Shown: positions 1 to 8,878 of the stretch, piece after piece
How positions within the stretch are numbered: position 1 is the first letter of the stretch
Layout of the letters: each line of letters begins with the position of its first letter
Assembly: GCA_964019425.1 (NCBI GenBank)
Contig: OZ025781.1
Coordinates: 744,001-808,000 of the forward strand
Direction: 5' to 3'
Length of the DNA: 64,000 bases
From: Flectonema sp. DT1601
Lineage: Eukaryota
Notes under the pieces: model-generated
What the model was told of the DNA's origin: nothing
Databases searched by the model: none
What the model saw: only the letters and a program-made list of their open reading frames with translations
Program-made: the position numbers and the translations under genes

Positions 1-765
1 AGGGAAGCACCAATGATGGTGTTGTCGGAAGGCGTTTCATCTGACGCAACTCGACTACTTCAAGAAATTGAGAGAAAACCAGCCATACTACTCCCTGAAC
101 CGGCGATGATCGCAACCAGAGAAGAGAAGAAAAAAAGGAGAGCTCGTCGATATAAAACGACAGTGCCGTTAGAAAGAAAGAAAAATCCACCGAACTTTAT
201 TCCAATGCGCAATTCACTTGGGGAAATAACGAACAAGAACGTCATCAATCAAAAAAGGAACAGCAAAGAGAAGGCTAGCGACATATTCACATCTGAACTA
301 CGGAGACTATTAGACGTTCTTGTCGATGAGGGAACATCTTGTGATTCCACTATCGTCAATCGACAACGGAACAGAAAGTGTCCTCCTCCGCTTCCTGTTC
401 GTGTGAAGACCCCCGCCGGAGGGAATATTGTTACGATTTGTCAGTCAAAAAATACAAAAATAAGCAAAGCTACGCAGCCACTACAAAAGAGATCTCACGA
501 TTTTGTACAACTGACAGGTTGTCCTGCACAACTATCAGCATCGTCACCGTATATACAACTCGATAATAGATCAACATCTCAAGAATTAGCGCATCTAATG
601 CGAGTTCGTACTCCGCTATTAGGAAATCGTCGATCAATAGCAAAGAAGGTTCCAAAAGCTTCGATTGCAACAGGTCGAAGCATATCAACAATAATATCAT
701 CTGGCAACTATTGGGGAAGGTCTATCTTGGCTCCATTTGCAATGTCTAGTTTAGCTAATTTATGA
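1..765 (+). CDS. Hypothetical basic, low-complexity protein, probably 5'-truncated by the window edge
   Basis: Frame is open from base 1 to TGA at 763-765; K/R/S/P-rich; no domain recognised. Confidence 0.55.
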   Translation, partial: REAPMMVLSEGVSSDATRLLQEIERKPAILLPEPAMIATREEKKKRRARRYKTTVPLERKKNPPNFIPMRNSLGEITNKNVINQKRNSKEKASDIFTSELRRLLDVLVDEGTSCDSTIVNRQRNRKCPPPLPVRVKTPAGGNIVTICQSKNTKISKATQPLQKRSHDFVQLTGCPAQLSASSPYIQLDNRSTSQELAHLMRVRTPLLGNRRSIAKKVPKASIATGRSISTIISSGNYWGRSILAPFAMSSLANL

Positions 766-954
766 AGAATCCATATTTTCTTTTTTTTTTTTTAAAATAA
801 AATTAAATATATAAATTTACACGAATGCCTCACCTTCCTCGCGTTGCCACGAGAGGAACTGTTTCTTTTATTGGCTGCTTTTTGTTTCTTCTGAGAAGAG
901 TGTGAGAGTGTTTCAACATAATAATAAATTATATTACTTTCTAAGGTCAACAAA

Positions 955-2161
955 ATGCAGAACGGAATTCGTCATCTCCGTCACATAAGAATATGGTTTC
1001 GACCTGATGTACCTCGTGGTGACAGATGGCATGGTGGAATGCTTCAATACATACAGGATTACTTACCAAAGTTCCAAGATCAAAACCCTGAAGTAAAAAT
1101 AGAAACTCACACTCTCGTTGAGCAACATGAGAAATATGGTAACGAACAATTCCCTAAAATTGTTGGATACTATTTGAACGGAACTGCTGTGACCATCAGA
1201 GCATGGAAAATGAACCCTGAAGGTATTCATCAACACATTCACGAATTGAGGAATCGCTGTAACGACGTCGAACAACGACCACATCAAACCAGAGTAATAA
1301 AATCAGATCAAGAATCAATTCAAGGTTCATACACTCCTTTATTATGGTTGAAGGAGGACTACCTACCAGAGCCATACAACTATGATGAGTTGTGGAAGGA
1401 TGAGGTAAAAGACATTGCGAAATTCGTTCGCAGAAAGAAACAACACAGAGAGCAAGAATTCAACAAAAAATATTTCGTCCAAGTCGAGACTAGAAAGAAG
1501 ATGGAGAAGAGATGGAAAGACACAGTCTTTCCATACACTATCGGAAGCAACATGGAAGCAGTACCTGGAAGAATGCATCTCGAAGACACTAAAACCATTT
1601 TCCAAGAGGCTGGTTCATCACCTCCACAATCAGCCCTTGAAAGGGGAGGAGGAGGTTTCATGGGTGGGTTTGTCTCTCCATATTCAGCCAGTGAGAAGTC
1701 TGCCTTGACGAGTGGTGGAGGAAACAAAGTACGTATTTCATTATTTATACCTCGAAAAAAAATATTAATTTATCCCTATAGTTACTGCGACACGGATTAT
1801 TATTACACTGTTATAATTAACAAAAAAAAAAAAAAAAAAAAAAAAAAAACAGTACGACGTTGATGGGCATGAGGTTGGTGGAAAAGTTCCACCGTTTGCG
1901 GGAGCTCCTTACCAATCGGGTTACGGTGATTATGAAAATTTTTGGAAGAATTGGGATCTATTTCACTACTCTTCAGCATCTTACCGTCCTCATCCTAAAG
2001 AGATTCCAGCTGAGGCTGCCTACACTACAGACATCCAAAGACGTGTTAATGTTAATAAGGCACTCGACAGTAACAATAAAAGAACAAGATATTCACCTAG
2101 AGAAGATTGGGAGGAACCAAACAGACCATACCACGTCGAGCCTAGAGTCAGTGGTGCATAA
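955..2161 (+). CDS. MRPL43: Mitochondrial ribosomal protein mL43-like (L51/S25/CI-B8 domain) with long C-terminal extension, 2 exons
   Basis: Motifs LPKFQDQNPEV, GYYLNG and ESIQGSYTPL match mL43. Exons 955-1728 and 1853-2161; removing the phase-0 intron GTACGT...ACAG opens a 102-codon exon 2 (YDVDGHEV...RVSGA*). Confidence 0.8.
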
Positions 2162-2602
2162 ATGGATTGTCAGTTCCTGTAAGGCTCTTCTTACGGTTTT
2201 ATTGATTACGAGTGCTACCGAGCAGTCGGAAATCTAATCAACCGCTTAGCAACTTAGCAGTCCGAATCACACAAAGGAAATCGATTCTCGTTGTGTTCTA
2301 CGAGAAGTGAACGTAAATTCCGTGACGAAGCCAGCAACAATCGAGGATCTGCAATAAAAAGTTAAAGCCCGTCGCCTAATGACAAAAGAGTTTTTTTGGG
2401 GCAGGTAAAAAAAACTATTTTGCTACGAAAAAAAAAAAAAAAAAAAAAGGATCCTCCCAGCTGCCTGCTGGTTATTATAACTTACAGTGTTCTTATGTTA
2501 CCTTACGTCATGAATTCAGGTTTTTTATTTTGAAGTATTAAAATGTGTTTTATATTTCTACCTCTACAAAGAGGGGTAACCACACAATATGACCCTTAAC
2601 AG

Positions 2603-3703
2603 ATGAGGGAGCTGTTGTCAGGGGAATTTGATAATGTTTTAGATGGCAGCCAGTTTGAATCCAATGCAATATTAGTTCGAAAATGGTGTGAAATTGAAAC
2701 TGCTGTCAGAGAAAGAGTATCTCATCTAAGCGACTCATTATTAGAATGTGTTGCTCGATCTGAAATGGAAGAATCAATGGTGAGGGTTCATGCAGAAACT
2801 ACTAAGGATATATTTGATAAAAAAGTAACTATAAAATTTCAGGTACGTGATGGACCCACAGGAGAACCAATCCCTCTCTCTCAGACTATCAGTTCTGTTA
2901 TAGTTCATACTCACAGTGATATGTCCTCTCTTAGTAATCAAGATTTATTTAAATTCATTCCACCTGATTCCGAAGACGACGTCGTCTGTTCTATAAGCCT
3001 GAAATCTCTTTTCGACAAGGACGTTACTCACGCAACGATATTTTTTAATAATCAGAAATCGGCTTGCAATCTTCGATTATGTAATAAGGAACTCCAAGAT
3101 ATTCTATACCATGAATATGGTCTGAGAGCTGCATCACCTGAAAGTTGGCAATGCAGCAGAAAATCTGTAATTTTATCAGTATTAGCAGAGTATCTAATCG
3201 ACAATGAGCTACTACTAATAAATAATATGATAAAAATTTCTCCAATATTAAGAAGAGAAATGTCCATTGAGGAAGGTGTCACAGAGATTGAAGTCAGCAA
3301 ACTTCTTCGTCACGTTATTCGTAGATTGAAACCACCCGGAGGGTTCCTTTGTAGACTTCGACTGCCGGGTGTTTTCATAGCTGATGGACCTGCTGTATTT
3401 GCCACTACTAACATATCAGATGAATCAGCGATTTGGAAATCATTCTTAAACACCAGCAGGATCAAAGAACTTGATAACGAACTCCAACAAGTTCTCAAGG
3501 AAACCAGAGCATGTCGAAAACGACGAGATCATTTTTTAATGTTTGCAGAATCTCCAGACCGAGCAATGCATCTCTCAGTTAAACAAGAACTCCACCAAAT
3601 GTACGAAGAACAGAACAACGCATTGGATGAGGATGATTGTGAGAAAGCTGTTGAACTCTCTGCTTTATATAGCATCAAGAGACACCACTGCGATGATGAC
3701 TGA
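2603..3703 (+). CDS. SMARCD: SWI/SNF subunit SMARCD/BAF60/Snf12-like (divergent SWIB domain plus C-terminal coiled coil)
   Basis: SRKSVILSVLAEYLIDNELL...IRRLKPP resembles the SWIB domain; IKELDNELQQVLKETRACRKRRDHFLMFAESP resembles the BAF60 C-terminus (xxLDxKI...RDFxLSFxxDP). The ATG directly follows an ACAG, so an upstream exon is possible. Confidence 0.65.
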   Translation: MRELLSGEFDNVLDGSQFESNAILVRKWCEIETAVRERVSHLSDSLLECVARSEMEESMVRVHAETTKDIFDKKVTIKFQVRDGPTGEPIPLSQTISSVIVHTHSDMSSLSNQDLFKFIPPDSEDDVVCSISLKSLFDKDVTHATIFFNNQKSACNLRLCNKELQDILYHEYGLRAASPESWQCSRKSVILSVLAEYLIDNELLLINNMIKISPILRREMSIEEGVTEIEVSKLLRHVIRRLKPPGGFLCRLRLPGVFIADGPAVFATTNISDESAIWKSFLNTSRIKELDNELQQVLKETRACRKRRDHFLMFAESPDRAMHLSVKQELHQMYEEQNNALDEDDCEKAVELSALYSIKRHHCDDD

Positions 3704-3926
3704 CAGCTGTGAAAGGTTGTCGAACTTTCTTCTTCTATTTAGAAACCAAGTAATGCCAAAACTTTTTTTTGTCATTTATACTTTTACATTATTTGTCACA
3801 AAAAGTTACAAACTCATCGATGAAGGAGCTGCTATTGCTGTAACATTATATGTGAAGCTCAACATGTGTTTACTTTATTCGTTCTCTGCAGAGTTTGCTT
3901 CAACAGACAAAAAAAAAACCTAAATA

Positions 3927-4224
3927 ATGTCAGCTCCGACTTACACTTCTGGATCTTTATTCGCTGAGGAATACGAGAGAGAAGAACAGCTGTCGTCTAT
4001 GCCGTTGGATGATCACCGTCAGTATGTTATTGTTTATGAATTTTTTCGTGTAGTAAAAAAAAAAAAAAAAAAAAAAACCACAACAAACAAACAGCCGTGT
4101 TCGCAGCGAAGCAACAGAATTCGCCAACTCAATCAGTCCTCAACGTGAAGGTCGTCAGAGTTACGGAAGTCAGAGCCCTGGATCAGAATACTATTACGAT
4201 ACACCAAAGAAAAGTTATTACTAA
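3927..4224 (+). CDS. Small (~74 aa) acidic/Ser-Tyr-rich hypothetical protein, 2 exons
   Basis: Exons 3927-4021 and 4095-4224; the intron GTATGT...ACAAACAG gives ...DDHRHRVRSEATEFANSISPQREGRQSYGSQSPGSEYYYDTPKKSYY*. Confidence 0.65.
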
Positions 4225-4868
4225 AAAAAAAAAAAAAAAAATTGAATGACATCAGTTACTATTCTGCTACGTACTGGATATCTTAAAGTAGTTGTGCTGT
4301 CACACTACACCTGACTGTTCACTGTAATACGTGAAATGTGTGGACTGTTTGTACAGCTAGTCAAATACCCAATTTAAAGAACTGCAATACAGTCAAAAAC
4401 AGAGATTGTGTACTACTTCTCTCCTTGTCTATTTGTGGTTGTGTTTTGTACTCCCCCCTACTGACCCCCCCAGCACACACCTTAATATAACTCGCATTTA
4501 TGAAACTCTTTATCGGCAAAATATTAAAAAAAAAAAAAAAAAAAAATCGTACGATTCGGTAATTTTTTGGTGATTTCGTAATTTTCTTTTTTTTCCTTTT
4601 GACGAATTTGGATGTTTTCAAAAATATCCAATACTACTACTGACTGACTTTTTTTTTTTTTGATGTTTCACTTTTTTTTTTTTTTCCCCTGTTTTTTTTT
4701 TTTTTTTTTTTTGCCGACTGCGAGATTTCCCTCCCCTTATGTAGCCTCACAACATCCTCTTTTTCCTCTCTGCTTTTTTTTTTTTTTTTTTTTCTTACAA
4801 ATTATAGGTTTTGTTTTTTCTTATTTCTCTTGATTAGTCGATGTAGTTATTCCCCACAGGTAAGTAAC

Positions 4869-7052
4869 ATGTCCAACATGAATGTTTTCTCTGATCACAC
4901 TAACCCTGATTCATTAGCATTTTATTGGGATAGTTTCAACGGTTGGGCGCTGGGATCTGTTCTGACAGCCAATAACTTCTCTATTCGAGTAAACGGTCAA
5001 TCATATTGCAGCACTCCAATAAAACGATTACAAAACGATAATGTAATAACAAAGATGAATTGTTGTTTTATTCCAAAAAATGAGGAAGTTGTTAACGAAG
5101 ACGTATCAGACCTCTGTCAGCTATCAGAGGTTCATGAATCTACTGTTGTTAATTGTCTTTTTAAACGTTTTGAAAACGGGAATTTCTACACCAATATAAA
5201 CAACGTCTTGGTTGCAATATCCCCGAATGATGCTGTCAGCTCATTCCCAGATAGCAGTATGCGCAGCTACCGAGATGGATCTAACAGCAGTCCCCATCCT
5301 TGGAAAACAGCACAACGTGCATACTCAGACATGCAGCAATCGTCTTCTGATCAATGTATCGTCTTAGTAGGTCGAATGGGATCTGAGAAAAGAAACATTG
5401 CCAACGCTGTCGTGCAGTATCTTTCACTTGCATCACCTGATACACAGAAAGCAATCGGCAATAGCGTAGCGTCTGAAAAGGAAAAACATGCTTCAGTTAT
5501 ACTAGAAGCTTTCGGTAATGCGAAAACTGTAGGAGATGACAGCTCCTCACGTTATGGAAAAATAACTACAATTCAATACAATAAAGAGATAGCAGTTGGT
5601 TCTCATATCACAACTACTCCACTGCAGCTATCAAGGATTGTGAAGTCAGTAGAAGGTGAAAGGATTTATCATTCATTTTATATGTTGGTGAAGGGATGCG
5701 ATTCATCGAAATATGAATTAAAGAAAACTGCTGAACAATATAAGATTTGCAAATCAGGAAATTGCACTGAAACATCCTCAATAAACGACGAAAAACAATT
5801 TGACGTTGTAAGTAACGCGATGCGGGAATTAGGTTTTAACGGAGATTTGATCGATGATATTTGGAAGACTGTCGCTGGATGTCTTCATCTGGGAAATGTT
5901 TCATTCATAGATCAGGATAGATATTCCTGTTCGTTGACAGGGAAAGCTGCATTAGCTAGTTGTTGTAAAAGCTGGCAAGTCGATACAGAAACGCTGTCGG
6001 AAGAATTGATTTCGTCATATCTCATCCCGCGTGACGGTCCTGTTATCCAATCTCACACATCACCCAAGGCCATGGATCTGAGAGATTCAGTTATCAAAGC
6101 TACATATGATGGGTTATTCTCCGTTCTTGTTAATTTAATAAATTCAAAAACCAACATCAATGATGTAGAAACTGAAATTAGTGTTGTCAACCTTTGCGAA
6201 TTTGAAAATCTAGATCTAAATAATTTGGAACAGTTTTGTATAAATGTAGGAGCGGAAACCCTTAACGACAGTTATCAGAGTCATGTTTTTAAAAAAGAAA
6301 TAAGTACCCGCATGAGTGAAGGTGTTAGTCATTGTGAGGGTCCGCTTTCTGAGCATGAGACGCCTGATTCTTTTAAAGTAATACACGCTATTTTTAATTC
6401 TTATGAAAATGATTTTTCATCGTCTTTTGAAAAACTTTCTGAAACATGCCAACAACACAACTCTTTCAAAATTCAAAATAAATATAATAAAAGTTTCACA
6501 TTACAGCATCGTTCTGATAACGTCGCTTACAATACTGAACCTGACCACAGGACTATAAAACCATTACTCACTAAACTGATGAGAGCTTCAAACAATACCT
6601 TTATTGCATCACTCTTACCAGAAGAAAGTAAAGTAAGTTCATCAATATCACAATTCAAACATCATCTTTTGGATATAATTGAAATGATTAACTATTCTAA
6701 ACCTACTTGGATTACATGTATAAAGCCACATCCTGCTAAGACGCTGTCAGGATTTGATGGAGTTGCTGTTGCTAAGCAGGTGAGGGAGTTGGAGATTGTT
6801 CGAACGGTTGAGATGGCACAGTCGGGATTTCAAAATATAATGTCGATTCGGAGTTTTGTTGAGAAGTATGGTGGAATAAAAATATCATCGAATCCGATAC
6901 CGGAATCAACAGACCTGACGAGTCTCCGAGTTTGGTGTCGTAGTTTATGTGATCATCTGGGTATCAAGACAGAGCATGTACATATCGGTAAATCAAAAGT
7001 ATTCTTAAAATTTGAAGCCCACAACCATCTACAAACAGCACTCAGTAAGTAA
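4869..7052 (+). CDS. Divergent myosin motor-domain protein with degenerate ATPase motifs and no neck or tail in this ORF
   Basis: LEAFGNAKT, SSRYGK, GERIYHSFY, LEQFCIN, CIKP and IGKSKVFLK are myosin head landmarks. First ATG is at 4869. A possible donor GTAAGT at 7045 makes the exact end uncertain. Confidence 0.85.
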   Translation: MSNMNVFSDHTNPDSLAFYWDSFNGWALGSVLTANNFSIRVNGQSYCSTPIKRLQNDNVITKMNCCFIPKNEEVVNEDVSDLCQLSEVHESTVVNCLFKRFENGNFYTNINNVLVAISPNDAVSSFPDSSMRSYRDGSNSSPHPWKTAQRAYSDMQQSSSDQCIVLVGRMGSEKRNIANAVVQYLSLASPDTQKAIGNSVASEKEKHASVILEAFGNAKTVGDDSSSRYGKITTIQYNKEIAVGSHITTTPLQLSRIVKSVEGERIYHSFYMLVKGCDSSKYELKKTAEQYKICKSGNCTETSSINDEKQFDVVSNAMRELGFNGDLIDDIWKTVAGCLHLGNVSFIDQDRYSCSLTGKAALASCCKSWQVDTETLSEELISSYLIPRDGPVIQSHTSPKAMDLRDSVIKATYDGLFSVLVNLINSKTNINDVETEISVVNLCEFENLDLNNLEQFCINVGAETLNDSYQSHVFKKEISTRMSEGVSHCEGPLSEHETPDSFKVIHAIFNSYENDFSSSFEKLSETCQQHNSFKIQNKYNKSFTLQHRSDNVAYNTEPDHRTIKPLLTKLMRASNNTFIASLLPEESKVSSSISQFKHHLLDIIEMINYSKPTWITCIKPHPAKTLSGFDGVAVAKQVRELEIVRTVEMAQSGFQNIMSIRSFVEKYGGIKISSNPIPESTDLTSLRVWCRSLCDHLGIKTEHVHIGKSKVFLKFEAHNHLQTALSK

Positions 7053-7392
7053 ATCTATTTTCCTTTTTTCTTATCTTTTTATTAGCCTGACGTGTTGTCT
7101 ACACGCGTCGCTTAACTTCTTCTTGTCCTTATCTCACTCGATTCTTGACCTTCTTCACGAAGCGAAAATATTTTTGTTATTCGCTCTAATTACATTCGTA
7201 TTTTATTATTTGTATGTCATGTGTACTTTCCTTGCTTTGCTTTTGCGACGGCTATTCGTCGCAGTTATTTTTAAACGTTTCTCGAGATGAATCTTTTTTT
7301 GTTTTCTGTATAATTTATTATTATTAATTTAAATAATAGGTTGAAATTTACATCAAAAAAAAAAAAAAAAAAAAAAAGAAGTTAATAAAATA

Positions 7393-8457
7393 ATGAACGC
7401 TCAGGATCCATTAGTAAAACCGTTTAAGTATTGTTTCATTCCTTGTGATGATGCTGAGCCTGTCTGTGAGAAAGTTTTCGAGGGAACTGACGACAAGGAA
7501 CTGAGAGATGGATTGAATGCTTTTTTTTCAAGAGATCGGCTGACTGTTGGTCAAGTTGAGGACTTCAAAGAAGGAATGCAGGAACAAATAAAACAAAATC
7601 AACAAAAAGCAATGAAAGACACCACCCCAACAACATCTGACCCAGACCAGCAAGCAGCACTCGCACAAGTGATGGCATCACAGGGAGGATTTGAAATCGT
7701 TCCAGTTGTATTCCCTGATGTCACCACAGAGTTTAAAGGTGTTTCTTTGTACATTGATCAGGTAGGTAGATTCAAAGACCTTCCATTAAATAACCGTGCT
7801 AGTAAGATGTCCCAAAGAGACATTCGAGGAGACGCCTTTGCGATCGCCAGTTACGATGATCCCGTAAAGGATGACTGGGCAAGAATTGATTGCCCTAAAG
7901 AAACTATTGATCACATGGTTAAGAACCCTCCACAGAAATCTCAAGATCCGACTGCTAGAGCACAAGCAATGCAAGCATCAATGCAAACATCACTAATCAC
8001 TGAAGAGAATATGTGCAAAGCCCGTTCTTTAAAAGAAACTGGTAACAACTTTGCGAAAGCCGACAAACCTGAAGATGCTGAAATCAAATACTCTGAAGCT
8101 CTGAAGGAGCTTCAGGGTCGTCAAGACAACGTAGATGTGAAGGAATGCACAGCTTTAATATCAACTCTTCACTCAAACAGAGCGCAGATGAATTTAAAAC
8201 TAAAGAAATACACTGAAGCAGTCACTGACTGTACTACAGTTCTATCATCAGATCCATCTAACTTAAAAGCTTTATTCAGAAGAGCACAAGGTCATCACCT
8301 TACAAAGCAACTTGATAAAGCATTGAAAGACATTGAAGCAGCTGTAAAGCTTCAGCCAACTGACAAATCTTTTGCTAACTACAAGACTACTATCGAGACG
8401 GCTATCGCTAAGCAAAAGCAGAGTGAGAAGGCGATGTGTAAGAAGATGTTTTCCTAA
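7393..8457 (+). CDS. TPR-repeat protein (C-terminal 3-TPR clamp of immunophilin/co-chaperone type) with an uncharacterised N-terminal domain
   Basis: LKETGNNFAK, LHSNRAQMNLKLKKY, NLKALFRRAQ and terminal KKMFS are typical of FKBP/Cyp40-type TPR modules. Confidence 0.85.
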   Translation: MNAQDPLVKPFKYCFIPCDDAEPVCEKVFEGTDDKELRDGLNAFFSRDRLTVGQVEDFKEGMQEQIKQNQQKAMKDTTPTTSDPDQQAALAQVMASQGGFEIVPVVFPDVTTEFKGVSLYIDQVGRFKDLPLNNRASKMSQRDIRGDAFAIASYDDPVKDDWARIDCPKETIDHMVKNPPQKSQDPTARAQAMQASMQTSLITEENMCKARSLKETGNNFAKADKPEDAEIKYSEALKELQGRQDNVDVKECTALISTLHSNRAQMNLKLKKYTEAVTDCTTVLSSDPSNLKALFRRAQGHHLTKQLDKALKDIEAAVKLQPTDKSFANYKTTIETAIAKQKQSEKAMCKKMFS

Positions 8458-8878
8458 AACCTTAAACACATACATTGAAACCAATATGTTCTTTGGAATG
8501 ACATTATCTTTAGCTGTATCAAAGTGATAGAGTAATCACGATCACCAATATTATTCCTCTTGACCTGACCACAAGAGAAAAAAATTTCAAGGAAGGGAAA
8601 AAAAAAAAAAAAAAGAAGAATTAGTGATAGGTTTTTTCTTCCGTCATCAGTGTATTTTGAGGGGATAAAAAATACCGAGGAAAACTTCAATTTCTTTTTC
8701 ATTCAGGTGGTCTGTATGCTAAGTGAATCTGTGAAATCATAACCTTGAGCCCAAGTGAACAATCAAACCTAGTGTAACAACGTTAAACAGAGAAGGCATG
8801 CTTGAAAAGGATTGTTTTCAATTTTTCTTTTCCAGGACAGTGGGAGCGACTACTAAGTCTTCGCTCGGCAGCATAAAA

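Noticed and set aside
1860..2237. 125-aa ORF in the track
   Set aside because: Shadow frame overlapping the reconstructed mL43 exon 2 (1853-2161).
2366..2602. Possible upstream coding exon and intron (GCAG|GTAAAA at 2405) for the BAF60-like gene
   Set aside because: The in-frame upstream segment hits TAA at 2363 with no ATG; it cannot be resolved without transcripts.
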